From an uncultured delta proteobacterium (GTDB taxonomy: Bacteria; Desulfobacterota; RBG-13-43-22), in assembly GCA_963843145.1 (NCBI GenBank), contig CAWJJC010000021.1:64001-128000 (forward strand): a DNA stretch of 64,000 nucleotides, in the 5' to 3' direction. The stretch's first letter is position 1. Every line of letters begins with the position of its first letter. Of the stretch, positions 1 through 11,189 are shown in pieces. The notes under the pieces are model-generated. The model saw only the letters and a list, made by a program, of their open reading frames with translations. It was not told where the DNA came from and searched no databases. The position numbers and the translations under genes are program-made.

Positions 1-41
1 AGCTGTTTATTAAAAAAGTCAACGAATTTATTTGGCACGAT

Positions 42-117
42 GGGGATGTAGCTCAGATGGGAGAGCGGTACGTTCGCAACGTACAGGCCGGGGGTTCGAT
101 CCCCCCCATCTCCACCA
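42..117 (+). tRNA. tRNA-Ala(CGC)
   Basis: 76-nt cloverleaf GGGGATGTAGCTCAG...GTTCGATC...CTCCACCA; anticodon stem GTACG/CGTAC, loop TTCGCAA; G3:U70 Ala determinant; CCA encoded. Confidence 0.97.
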
Positions 118-271
118 ATTTTTTAGTTCGAAAATAAACAGCTCGGTTGACTAAACTGGTAATATTCATTAATAATTAATATTTTTATTTTCTTTCCTCA
201 CGCGGGGCATGAATGTCTGGTACGGCTTCGTCCTGGAACCCCTTTCGCCGAAAGGGATGTAAGGTTGCAAA

Positions 272-868
272 ATGCCCTCAAAACGGATCGGAAAAGTAAA
301 CCGAGAGACGAAGGAAACCCAGATTCGCCTGGCCCTGCGGCTGGACGGAAGCGGTAAAAGCAGGATTCAAACCCCGATCCCTTTTTTGAATCATATGCTG
401 GAGCTTTTGGCCCATCATGGCCGGATGGATTTGACCATCCTGGCCTCCGGGGATATTGAGGTGGGTTTTCATCATACGGTCGAGGACATCGGGCTTTGTT
501 TGGGCGAAGCCCTGAATCAATGCTTCCATGATTTGGCGGGGGTGAATCGCTACGGGAGTGCCCTCTTGCCCATGGATGAGGCCCTGGTGCTGGTGGCCCT
601 GGATATTTCCCGGCGTCCCCATTTGCACTATGGCTGGAAAACCAGGAAAATCCGGGTGGAAGGCTTTGATATCGGGCTCATCAAGGAGTTTTTTCAGGCC
701 CTGGTTAATCGCGCCGGGGTGACCCTTCATATACAGGTGATCCACGGCGAGAACCTGCACCATATTATTGAAGCCATGTTTAAAGGGTTAGGCCGGGCCC
801 TCCAGCAAGCCGGTCGCCGCCTGCCAGGGCGGCTACAAGTCGTCTCGACCAAGGGGATATTGGGATGA
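272..868 (+). CDS. hisB: imidazoleglycerol-phosphate dehydratase
   Basis: RETKETQI, FLNHML, HHTVEDIG, PMDEAL, NLHHIIEAMFK, STKG motifs. Confidence 0.96.
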   Translation: MPSKRIGKVNRETKETQIRLALRLDGSGKSRIQTPIPFLNHMLELLAHHGRMDLTILASGDIEVGFHHTVEDIGLCLGEALNQCFHDLAGVNRYGSALLPMDEALVLVALDISRRPHLHYGWKTRKIRVEGFDIGLIKEFFQALVNRAGVTLHIQVIHGENLHHIIEAMFKGLGRALQQAGRRLPGRLQVVSTKGILG

Positions 869-1536
869 AACGAATTTTCACGAATCGACTGGGGGGAATC
901 CTTACCGCTCTGGGCCTTTTGGGGGGTCTGTTGACCGGCGCCTGGGCCGCCGATGCGCCGGCTAAGAAACGTCTGGTCCTGGTTCCCTTTCAGGTGGAGA
1001 GCAATGGCAACGCGGACGTCATCCGCTGTCGGGCCTGTGGCAATATCTTAGGCGCTGGAAAGGTGGAAGGAGATCCCAGTCCGGCCTTGACCTTATTGCT
1101 TTGGAATTTGCTTAAGGATCAGGTCAAGGGCTACGAATTGATCAGCCCCGGGCAGGCGGAAGGGGCCTATCAGACCCAACTGGCTAAAAAAATTGAACAA
1201 GACCCCAAGGTTCTGATGAAGGCCATCGGGCAGGACCTGAAGGCCGATGGGGTAATCTGGGGAGGGATTTTTCGCTACGAGAATCGAAAGGGGACCGCTT
1301 ATGGCGTGCAGGAACCGGCTTCCGTTTCCCTGGATCTGCATCTTCTCCGGGTCAGTGACGGGTTGATCGTTTGGAAGATCCAGTGGAGCCATACCCAGAA
1401 ATCCCTCAGTGAAGACCTCTTCCAATTGGGGGAGGTGGCCAAGCGGGGTCTGCGCTGGTTGACGGCGGAAGAATTGGCTCAGTCGGGCCTGGCCCAGATG
1501 ATCAAGAATTTTCCCGGCCCCCAAGCTTGGGAATGA
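865..1536 (+). CDS. exported hypothetical protein (LpoB/GNA1162-like fold suspected)
   Basis: signal peptide ending AWA; overlaps hisB stop (ATGA); PASVSLDLHLLRVSDG-type C-terminal strands. Confidence 0.75.
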   Translation: MKRIFTNRLGGILTALGLLGGLLTGAWAADAPAKKRLVLVPFQVESNGNADVIRCRACGNILGAGKVEGDPSPALTLLLWNLLKDQVKGYELISPGQAEGAYQTQLAKKIEQDPKVLMKAIGQDLKADGVIWGGIFRYENRKGTAYGVQEPASVSLDLHLLRVSDGLIVWKIQWSHTQKSLSEDLFQLGEVAKRGLRWLTAEELAQSGLAQMIKNFPGPQAWE

Positions 1537-1594
1537 GCGGGCAAAACAAGCCGACTGCGGGTTTCGGGGGGAGCGCTAGGTCGCGAGGGCCTCG

Positions 1595-2347
1595 ATGATT
1601 ATCATTCCGGCGGTGGATATTAAGCAGGGCCTGTGCGTCCGCCTTCGGGAAGGGAAGGCGGACGCGGTGACCGTTTTTTCCGATGACCCGGCGCAGATGG
1701 CCCGGCAGTGGGTCGCTCAGGGGGCCGAACGTCTCCATGTGGTGGACCTGGACGGGGCCTTCGAAAAGGGACCCCGTAATTTTTCCCTTATTAAAAAACT
1801 GGTCCGATCCGTCTCCATCCCGGTCCAACTGGGAGGGGGACTTCGTGATCTGAAGACCATCGCCCGTTATTTGAAGGCCGGGGTCGCCCAGGTTATTTTG
1901 GGAACCATTGCGCAGAAGCAGCCTGCTCTGGCCCGGGAAGCCTGCCGCCTCTTTCCCGGCCGGATCATCATTGGAATAGACGCCCGGGACAACCGGGTGG
2001 CCGTCGAAGGTTGGACCGAGGTTACCGCTCAGGATCCTTTGGATTTGGGCCGAAAATACGAAGACTGGGGGGTACGGGCCATCATCTATACCGATATCCG
2101 CCGGGATGGGACTCAGAAAGGACCGGCCCAGCGGTCCACGCAACGTCTGTCCCAGGGACTGCAGGTCCCTATTATTGCGGCCGGCGGGATTGCCACCCTG
2201 GAAGATGTTCAAAAAATGGCTCGGTTGGAAAAATATGGGGTGGCGGGGCTGATAACCGGGAAGGCGATATACAGCGGTTCCTTACGCTTGCCGGAGGCCA
2301 TCGGCTGGCTTAAGAATAATTCCCAGGCCGGTCGCCTTTTTGAATAA
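1595..2347 (+). CDS. hisA: ProFAR isomerase
   Basis: IIPAVDIKQGLCVRL, LHVVDLDGA, QLGGGLR, YTDIRRDG motifs. Confidence 0.96.
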   Translation: MIIIPAVDIKQGLCVRLREGKADAVTVFSDDPAQMARQWVAQGAERLHVVDLDGAFEKGPRNFSLIKKLVRSVSIPVQLGGGLRDLKTIARYLKAGVAQVILGTIAQKQPALAREACRLFPGRIIIGIDARDNRVAVEGWTEVTAQDPLDLGRKYEDWGVRAIIYTDIRRDGTQKGPAQRSTQRLSQGLQVPIIAAGGIATLEDVQKMARLEKYGVAGLITGKAIYSGSLRLPEAIGWLKNNSQAGRLFE

Positions 2348-2353
2348 TACCTA

Positions 2354-2382
2354 TTGACTTATTGAGTTATTATAATCATAAT
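2354..2382 (+). promoter_or_regulatory. putative sigma70 promoter of rpsU
   Basis: TTGACT-17nt-CATAAT in an AT-rich intergenic region. Confidence 0.5.
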
Positions 2383-2439
2383 AAAGGTTTGACTAAAAAA
2401 ACAATTTAAATAAATTTTCGATGGGAGGGAGGGAATTGA

Positions 2440-2637
2440 ATGACGGGCGTAAGGATCAAGTCTGCTGAATCCTTTGAAAACGCCTTAAGACGGTTCAAGA
2501 AACAGTGCGAAAAGGCCGGAATTCTTTCAGAGGTCCGCAAAAGAGAATATTATGAAAAGCCCAGCGTCAAGCGGAAAAAGAAGGCCTTAGCCGCCAAAAA
2601 AAGAGCACTCCGGAGAATGCGGAAATTTGAATCATAA
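2440..2637 (+). CDS. rpsU: 30S ribosomal protein S21
   Basis: [33 protein letters not shown]. Confidence 0.98.
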   Translation: MTGVRIKSAESFENALRRFKKQCEKAGILSEVRKREYYEKPSVKRKKKALAAKKRALRRMRKFES

Positions 2638-3001
2638 TTTCTCTCTCGGTGCGGAACGAGGCCGTGTTTTTACTTGAGCGTTTAAATCCCAAGCTAAAGA
2701 GCGGCTTCTAGAGGGCGCCTATTACGCACTTCGTTGAAAAACCGGATTGAACAATTTCAAAAGGAGAAATTATCGGCGGTTGAAATTTGAAAACCGTCCT
2801 GATATTTGCCTAAAATCCATGAAGCTCCCACCAGAGTATCGGCGGGAGCTTCAAAACTTTCGGGAAACCGTGGGAATCCCCTGGACCATAGATTCTTAGC
2901 TAGATGTTGGGTTAGCGTTTTGGTCCAATCTCGAGTCTGCAGCGTCTCCGCATCGTTGACCGCCAACCCCCAATCGAGCCCGCGAGCCGACGGATAAGCC
3001 G

Positions 3002-4781
3002 ATGGCCTTCATCTCCGAATCGTTTGTCAGTCAACTCAAGGAGGCGTCCAATATCGTTTCGGTTATTTCGAGATTTGTCCCCTTAAAGAAGGCCGGGCGC
3101 AATTTTTTAGGGCTTTGTCCTTTCCATCAGGAAAAGACGCCCTCCTTGACGGTTAATGAAGAAAAACAGATTTTTCATTGCTTCGGCTGCGGGTTAGGGG
3201 GCAATGTCTTTACGTTTCTCATGCACTACCAGCGCTTGAGTTTTCCGGAAGCGGTTAACGAATTGGCCCAATTTCTGGGGATGGCGGTCCCGACCGCCGT
3301 GCTTTCCCGCGAACAGGTGGCGGAAAATCGCCAGCGGGATGAACTAAGGACCATTCATCAACTAGCGGCGGATTTTTATCATCGCCAACTGATGTCCGCC
3401 CAGGGGGGACGGCCGGGCCGGGAATACCTGCGCCGGCGGAAAATGACCCGCGGGATCATCGAAGAGTTTACCCTGGGCTACGCTCCGGACGCCTGGGATC
3501 GGTTGGCCCAATTTTTACAGCAACAGGGTTTGGATCCGTCCCGGATAGAACAATCGGGCCTGGGTAATCAAAAAAGACCGGGGAGGGATTTATGACCGGT
3601 TCCGCAATCGACTGATCTTTCCGATTTGGGATGAAAAAAAACGGGTGGTGGCGTTCGGGGGTCGGACCTTGGGAGAAGATAATCCTAAGTATTTGAATTC
3701 CCCTGAATCCGTCATTTTCAGCAAGGGACGGTCGCTCTATGGCCTACCTCAGGCTCTGCCGATCATTCGGCAGGAACGGCAAGCGTTAATCGTCGAGGGC
3801 TATTTTGACTGTTTGAGCCTCCATCTTCATGGTTTTAAACAGACGGTGGCCACCTTGGGGACGGCCCTGGGCGCCCATCAGGTTCGCCGCTTGAAGGGGA
3901 TGGCCGAAGAACTTATATTGGTCTATGACGGGGATTCGGCCGGACGGCAGGCGGCCTTGCGCAGTGTGGCCATTTTCCAGGAGGAGGGAGTTTCCGCCCG
4001 GATCAAGGTCCTGCCCCCCCAGGCCGATCCGGACAGTTATTTGTTCCAGGTCGGGGCCGAGCGGTTTGCCGCGGAGTTGAAGGAGTCCGTCCCGATGATG
4101 GTTTTTTTCCTGGACCAGCATTTGGAGGGGGTATCGGGCGACATTCAAGATCGACTCCGAGCCTTGGAAAAAGTCCTGCCGACGATCCAGTCCCTGGCCC
4201 CGGCCGAGCTGGCTTATTATGTCCAATTGATCGGCGAACGGTTGACGCTGTCGGAATCGGCGATAAACCAGATGCTGAGGGCCCAAGGGCGGACTAATCC
4301 GGCAGCCCGGATTGCTGAAAAAATCAAAGGGGAGCAGGTTCAGGGCCTGGAGTGGCGGATCATCGAAGCCCTGCTGCGAATCCCTCAGGCGCCGGAACGG
4401 CTCTTGAGCCTGGATTTGCACAACGTCGTGGTCGGTGTGGAAGCCGTTCAGGTGTTTAATGCCATTTCCCAGACGGTGAAAGAAAAAGGCCAGATGGATC
4501 TGGTTTGGCTGCTGGAGCGGTTGGAGAATCAAACTCTTAAAAATCGGGTGGCGGCCCTGGCCCTTCAAGAGTTTGTCGACGAGCGTGATCAGGATTCTTT
4601 TTTGCTAGACTTGTTGAAGACCCTTGAACTGAGAGCCATTCGCCGTCGGGAAAGGTCTCTGCTCCAGGCCATTCAGGACCAGGAGCGACAAGGGATGACG
4701 TCTGAGTTGATGGCCCTGCTGGAGAGGAAACAGGACCTGCTTAAACAACGGAAGCAACTATTAGCCCCACTGAAGAATTAA
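3002..4781 (+). CDS. dnaG: DNA primase, split by a +1 frameshift at about 3562-3564 (probably a sequencing error)
   Basis: CHC2 Zn finger (CPFH...CFGC) in ORF 3002-3595; removing one G from CTGGGTAATC gives SGLVIKKDRGGIYDRFRNRLIFP, joining FGGR/KYLNSPE/VEGYFD/DGD in ORF 3645-4781. Confidence 0.93.
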
Positions 4782-4790
4782 GGAGCTCTA

Positions 4791-6533
4791 ATGTCTAAAA
4801 ACACCACTCTGGAAGATTTCAAGATGATTTCCCTGACCAAAGAAAAGGAATATCTAGATCTGGAGGAGGGCGGGGAGGCTTTGACCCAGGAATTAGTGGG
4901 TCACGAACCCATCGATGATATGTTGTTGATCTTTGAAGAAACGGAAATTCAGCTTCTGGACGCCACCCCCCGGGGCCGAACCAAAGATAAGCTGGAGGAG
5001 GAGCGAACCGAGGAAGAGGAGGAAACGGAAATTCGCTGGGGGACGGAAGTAGGGGCTAAAACCACCGACCCGGTAAAGATGTACCTGAAGGAAATGGGAT
5101 ATTATTCCCTCCTGACCCGGGAAGGGGAGGTAGAAATCGCCAAACGGATCGAAGAGGGCAAGCATGAGGTGATTAATGCCTTGCTGGAATCCCCGGTGGG
5201 TATTAAGGAATTTATCACCCTGGGTGAAAAATTCCAACAGGGGATCGTCAAGCTGAGAGAGATCGTTCGAGACAGCGATGACGAAGAACCGTTTATCGAA
5301 ACCGAGGCCCATCGAAAAAAAGTCCTGCAGCTTTTCTTGGAAGTCAAGACGATCTATGAAAAGAACATCAAGTTGCAGGAGAAATTAGGACAGGATTTGG
5401 TGGCCGCTCGGAAGAAAAAGATCAAGGATCAGATCGATGAGAATAAGCACCGGATCGTCGAGCGCCTAAAAGAATTGCGGTTGGATAAACGGCAGATCGA
5501 CCGGGTAGTCAATAAGCTTCGGGCTTTCGTTGATCGCATCGAAAAGGGGGAAGCGGAGATTCAGGAGGCCCTAAAAAGGGTCTCGATTCCTTTGACGGAT
5601 CTAAAAAAACCACTCCGCAAGTTTAAACAGGACGGCCTGTCCCGGTCCTTAGTGCGGCTGACCGGTCTTTCCAAGGAAGAGCTACTGGAACTGGACCGCC
5701 GGGTCCGCAATGGGGAGCGAAAAGTTCGCCGGGTGGAACAAGAATCGAAGATGACTTCCAAGTTTTTGAAGAAAATCCTCCGGCAAATCGAGAACGGGGA
5801 GTATAAAGCCAAGTATGCCAAATCCGAACTGATCGAGGCCAACTTGCGTCTGGTGGTCAGCATCGCCAAGAAATATACCAATCGTGGCTTGCAGTTTCTG
5901 GATTTGATCCAAGAGGGCAACATCGGACTGATGAAGGCGGTGGATAAGTTTGAATACCAGCGAGGATATAAATTTAGCACTTATGCCACCTGGTGGGTGC
6001 GCCAGGCCATCACCCGGGCTATCGCCGATCAGGCCCGAACCATTCGCATCCCCGTACATATGATCGAAACCATCAATAAGCTGATTCGCACCGCCCGTTA
6101 CCTGGTCCAGGAGATGGGACGGGAACCCACTCCGGAGGAAATTGCCGAGCGAATGGAATTCCCGCTGGATAAGGTGCGCAAGGTCTTAAAGATCGCCAAA
6201 GAGCCCATATCCCTGGAAACACCGATCGGCGAGGAAGAGGACAGCCACCTCCGGGATTTCATTGAAGACAAGAAGATCTTGTCGCCCTCGGAGGCGGTGA
6301 TCCGTCTGAACCTCTCCGAGCAGACTCGCAAGGTATTATCCACGCTGACCTCCAGGGAAGAGAAAGTGTTGCGCATGCGGTTCGGTATCGGGGAAAAAGC
6401 CGATCATACGCTGGAAGAGGTGGGCCGGGATTTTGACGTCACCCGGGAACGAATCCGCCAGATTGAGGCCAAGGCCCTCCGCAAACTTCGCCATCCCAGC
6501 CGGAGTAAGCGCTTGAAAAGCTTCGTGGATTAG
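4791..6533 (+). CDS. rpoD: RNA polymerase primary sigma factor
   Basis: [56 protein letters not shown]. Confidence 0.98.
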   Translation: MSKNTTLEDFKMISLTKEKEYLDLEEGGEALTQELVGHEPIDDMLLIFEETEIQLLDATPRGRTKDKLEEERTEEEEETEIRWGTEVGAKTTDPVKMYLKEMGYYSLLTREGEVEIAKRIEEGKHEVINALLESPVGIKEFITLGEKFQQGIVKLREIVRDSDDEEPFIETEAHRKKVLQLFLEVKTIYEKNIKLQEKLGQDLVAARKKKIKDQIDENKHRIVERLKELRLDKRQIDRVVNKLRAFVDRIEKGEAEIQEALKRVSIPLTDLKKPLRKFKQDGLSRSLVRLTGLSKEELLELDRRVRNGERKVRRVEQESKMTSKFLKKILRQIENGEYKAKYAKSELIEANLRLVVSIAKKYTNRGLQFLDLIQEGNIGLMKAVDKFEYQRGYKFSTYATWWVRQAITRAIADQARTIRIPVHMIETINKLIRTARYLVQEMGREPTPEEIAERMEFPLDKVRKVLKIAKEPISLETPIGEEEDSHLRDFIEDKKILSPSEAVIRLNLSEQTRKVLSTLTSREEKVLRMRFGIGEKADHTLEEVGRDFDVTRERIRQIEAKALRKLRHPSRSKRLKSFVD

Positions 6534-6576
6534 AAAACACCGCTAAAGCAATAGGGAAAACCCTTTCCAAAGGCCA

Positions 6577-8028
6577 TCAACGTTCCTTAAATTCGGAAAG
6601 GCGGATAAGCGTCCGATCAACCCCGGTAAGCTTATCCGCTTCGACCACCCAACCACCACCCATGGACTTGTAGAGATTGACCAGGGCCCGAAATAGAACG
6701 CCTTGGGTCTGAGTATAGGAAAGCTCCGCATTAAAAAGACCCCGTTCGGCATCGAGGACCTCCAAATAACTGGTATACCCGTTTTCATATCGCATCTGGG
6801 CCAGGTCTAAATAGGCCTTCAGTGCCTCCACCTGCTTTTTCTGAACGGCCAACTGTTCCCTGGTTTTGGACTGATCGATCAGCGCGTCCTCCACCTCCCG
6901 GAAGGCGGTTTGAATAACCTGCTGGTATCGGGTCAGGGCCTGTTGCCGGACCGCCTCCGAAACCTTAACTGCCCCAGCGATGCCTCCGGCCGAGAAAATA
7001 GGTGCGGTCAAGGAGGTTGAGAAATTCCAGGCCCTGGCCGCACCGGTAAAGAGAAGGGATAAATCGGTACTTTCTAGACCCAAAAAGCCAGTCAGGGAAA
7101 GGGTCGGGAAATAGAGGGCCCTGGCCACGCCGATTCTGGCATTGGCGGCGATGAGGTCCTGTTCGGCCCGACGGATATCGGGTCGTCTTTCCAGTACCTG
7201 GGAGGGGATCCCGGCCGGAACCGGGGGAAGCTTCAGGCTGTCCATGGTTTTGCCCCGGGGAATAGGACCCGGGTTTTGCCCCAGCAAAATACTTAAGCTG
7301 TTTTCCTGCTGGCCGATTCCTTTTTGCAAAGCCGAAACGGTGGCCAGGGCCGACTGGACTTCCGAATCAATTTGTCGTAATTCCAGTTCGGCAATCAGTC
7401 CCCGCTCATAACGAAGCTTGAAAAGGTTGTAGGCGTCCCGGCGACTCTCGGCGGTTCGTTGGGCGATCTGGAGCTGTTTATCCAAATCCAGTAGATCGGT
7501 ATAGGCTATGGCCACCGCGGTGATCACCGTTAAAATAACCGTTCGTTTGCCTTCTTCGGTGCCCAGAAGGTCGGCTTGAGCCGCTTCCCGGGTTCTCCGG
7601 AGACGTCCCCAGAAATCAATTTCCCAACTGGCGTTGAGCAGGGTTTGGTAATCGTTATACAGATTATCGGCCGTAGCCGGCCAGGGTGGATTGGTATATT
7701 GGGTAACATTTTTTCGTTGCCCAAGGATCAGGGCACCAACCTGAGGGAAGGATCCTGACCGGGCCAGGCCGTAGCGGCCCAGAAATTCTTCGACCCGCGA
7801 GGCCGCGATCTTGATTTCCTTATTTTCCTGAAGGGCGGTCAGGATCAACCGGTTCAAAACCGGATCTTGGAACTGCTCCCACCAGGGCGTATTGGCCGTC
7901 TCTTGGGCCTCCCTTTCTTCCCAGCGCCAGGATGATGGGGTATTTAATTCCGGACGTTTATAATTGGGACCCAGGGTACAGGCACCAAGGAATATAACCA
8001 GGAGGAAAACAACCAGCCATTTAGTCAT
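6577..8028 (-). CDS. RND efflux outer membrane lipoprotein (NodT/OprM family)
   Basis: lipobox LGAC-TLGPNY; WEIDFWG; RRPDIRRAE; LYKSMGGGW; start taken at ATG 8028 overlapping the permease stop. Confidence 0.92.
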   Translation of the reverse strand: MTKWLVVFLLVIFLGACTLGPNYKRPELNTPSSWRWEEREAQETANTPWWEQFQDPVLNRLILTALQENKEIKIAASRVEEFLGRYGLARSGSFPQVGALILGQRKNVTQYTNPPWPATADNLYNDYQTLLNASWEIDFWGRLRRTREAAQADLLGTEEGKRTVILTVITAVAIAYTDLLDLDKQLQIAQRTAESRRDAYNLFKLRYERGLIAELELRQIDSEVQSALATVSALQKGIGQQENSLSILLGQNPGPIPRGKTMDSLKLPPVPAGIPSQVLERRPDIRRAEQDLIAANARIGVARALYFPTLSLTGFLGLESTDLSLLFTGAARAWNFSTSLTAPIFSAGGIAGAVKVSEAVRQQALTRYQQVIQTAFREVEDALIDQSKTREQLAVQKKQVEALKAYLDLAQMRYENGYTSYLEVLDAERGLFNAELSYTQTQGVLFRALVNLYKSMGGGWVVEADKLTGVDRTLIRLSEFKER

Positions 8029-11000
8029 GAGTTGCCTCGCTTTCCGTCTTCCGGCTATCTTTTTTTCGACGATGGGCGATTTTTTCCACCACATAAAAGG
8101 TTACCGGTATCAGAAAAATGGCGATCACCGAGGCGGCTGTGGTACCGCCCATAACCGCTGTGCCCATAATCCGTCTGGCCACGGCCCCGGCGCCCTTGGA
8201 AAAGACCAGAGGCAGCACCCCCAGGAGGAAGGCCAAGGAAGTCATCAAGATGGGTCGGAGACGGAGACGGGCCCCTTCCAGGGCGGAATCTTCCAGGGGA
8301 TGTCCCTTTTCATAGCGCGTCTTGGCGAATTCAACGATTAGAATGGCATTTTTGGCCCCCAGACCGATGAGGACGATAAGGCCGATCTGGGCGTAGACAT
8401 TGTTGGCCTGTCCCAGAATCCAGATTCCGGCAAAGGCCCCAAAAACAGCCACCGGGGTGCAAAGCAGCACACTGAAGGGCAAAGACCAGCTCTCATAGAG
8501 GGCGGCCAGGATCAGAAAAACACAAAGGAGCGAAAAACCGAATATGGCCGAGGCCGGGATCCCTTCCTGGGCCTTTTTTTCCTGAAAGCTCATGCCGATA
8601 TAGTCGAATCCCATCTCAGCCGGCATGGCTTGATGGAAGACTTCTTCGAGGGCCTTCATGACCTGTCCGGAGCTGTAACCGGGTTTGCCCATGGCATTAA
8701 TCTGAGCCGAACGGTAGAGATTATAGCGCATGGTAAACTCCGGACCCGAGCGAGACTCCATGGTCGTCAAGGCGGAAAGGGGCACAAAGTCCCCTTTGTT
8801 ATTATGAACATAAAATTGCCGGATATCATCCGCCTTGGTTCGATATTCCCCTTCGGCCTGGACAAAGACCTGCCATTGCCGGCTAAAGCGATTAAAGTAG
8901 TTGATGAAATAACCGCCCATGAAGGTCTGGAGAGTCTGATAGACCTCTCCCAGGTCAATCCCCTGTTTAAGAATCTGGTCGCGATCCACTTTCACGAAGC
9001 GCTGGGGAACGGCCGGTAGAAAGGTGGTGGTTACCCTTGCCAGTTCCGGTCTTTTGCGGGCCTCCTCAATGAACTTGTTGACGTTTTCAGCCAGGAAGGA
9101 AATGGGCTTGCCGGCCCTGTCTTGGAGAACCATCGTGGCCCCACCGGCCAGTCCGATACCTTGTATGGCCGGTGGGGGAAAGGCAAAGGCCACGGCCTGG
9201 GGCAATTTGGCCAGTTCGGTATTCAGGTGATCCATGATGGCCTGGTATTGCTCTTCCGGTCTTTTGCGGTCTTTCCACTCCTTCAGCGTGACAAAGAAGA
9301 AGCCGCTGTAGGTATTTTGAGCGATACTCATCAGGCTGATACCGATGATGGCCTGGTTGTGTTCCACTCCCGGCGTATTTTTAAGAAGGGTTTCAATTTT
9401 TCGGCAGGTATCGTCCGTCCTTTGAAGAGAGGCAGCCTGGGGTAGGGTCAGGTTGACGAACATGTACCCCAGATCTTCTTCCGGCAGGAATCCGGAAGGG
9501 ATTTTAGAGCCCAAGAGCCCGCCGAGAAGGGCTATTCCGGCCAGCAGGATTAGACTCAAGGCACTTTTGCGAAGGAGAGACCCGCAGATACGGATATAGC
9601 CTCTCGAAGCCTTACCGAAAGAGCGGTTGAACCATCCAAAAAAGATCCCCAGGGGGCCCCGTGTCTGTTTCCCCGGTCTGAGCAAGAGGGCGCAGAGGGC
9701 CGGGCTGAGGGTCAGGGCATTGAAGGCCGAGATCAGGACCGAAATGGCTATGGTTATGGCGAACTGCTGGTAGAGGCGGCCGGTGATCCCCGGGATGAAA
9801 ATGGTGGGGACAAAGACCGCCGAGAGGATCAGGGCAATCGCGATAACCGGTCCCGAGACCTCCTCCATAGCTTTAAAGGCCGCCGCTTTGGGCGCCAACC
9901 CTTCTTCAATGTGCCGCTCCACCGCCTCTACCACAATGATGGCGTCATCGACCACCAGACCGATGGCCAGGACCAGACCAAAAAGGGAGAGGGTGTTGAT
10001 CGAGAATCCCAATAAGGGAAAGACGGCAAAGGTCCCGATGAGAGAGACCGGAACCGCCAGGGCCGGGATCAGGGTGGCTCGCCAGCCCTGAAGAAAAATG
10101 TAGACGACCAGGATGACCAGGAGCAGGGCCTCTAAAAGAGTAATAACGATTTCCTTGATCCCTTCGTTGATGGACTTGGTGGTGTCCAAGGAAATGGTAT
10201 AATCCAGGTCCGGCGGAAATCGTTTCTTAGCCTCTTCCATCAATTTTTTTATAGTGGCTACGGTGGCTAAGGCATTGGAACCGGGCAACTGATAGATGGC
10301 CATGATTCCGGCCGGTTGGCCGTCGATACGGCCCTTGATGCTATAGCTTTGACTGCCTAATTCGATGCGGGCCACGTCCTTCAGCCGGACAATGGATCCA
10401 TCGGGATTGGCCCGGAGCACGATGTTTCCAAAATCTTCCTCGGAAACTAATCGGCCCTGGGCCGTAACGGTATAGGTATATTCCTGGCCGGGCGGTACAG
10501 GCTCGTTGCCGATTTGTCCGGCCGGGTTGACGGTATTCTGCTCTCGGACGGCGTTGACAATATTGGAAACCGTAAGGCCCAGCTTCCCGAGAGCGTCGGG
10601 TTTGACCCAGATCCGGATGGCATAGGGGCCGGCCCCGAAAATGGCCACCTGACCAATGCCGGGAACGCGCAGGAGCTGGTCGTTGAGATTGATATTGGCA
10701 TAGTTGGCCAGGAAGGTGGCGTCATAGGTCCCCCGGGGAGAAACCAGGCCGATGAGCATCATGAGGTGCGGCGCGGGATTTCACCATGGTTACCCCGTAA
10801 TTGCGCACATCCGCCGGTAACTGCGCCTCGGCCTGGTTTTCCCGCATCTGGGTAAAGATCAGGTCCGTATTGGGGTCGGTCTTGACATCGAAGTTGACAA
10901 ACATGCGCGAGGTGCCGTTACTGGCATTGATGGAATACATATACCCCATGTTATCCACGCCACTGACCTGTTGCTCGATGGGCGTGGCCACCGATTGCTC

Positions 11001-11170
11001 CACGGTCTCCGCGTTGGCCCCGGTATAGGTGGCGTAGATCTGAATCTCGGGGGGGACGATTCCGGAAATTGGGCCACCGGCAATCCCAACACGGACACCA
11101 GTCCTAAAATGACAAACAAAATAGAAATGACCATGGCCACGATGGGGCGATTGATAAAGAACTTGGACAT
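8021..11170 (-). CDS. RND permease (HAE1, AcrB/BepE-like), 5' part broken by two frameshifts (about 11060 and about 10770)
   Basis: MSKFFINRPIVAMVISI start; EQSVATPIEQQVSGVDNM; AIGLVVDDAIIVVE; KNAILIVEFA; RLRPILMTS, spread over three ORFs. Confidence 0.9.
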
Positions 11171-11189
11171 TCGATCTACCCCCTAATTT

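Noticed and set aside
3540-3600. Programmed frameshift or true pseudogene in dnaG
   Set aside because: A single extra G in a short G run restores a normal essential primase; similar indels elsewhere point to sequencing error
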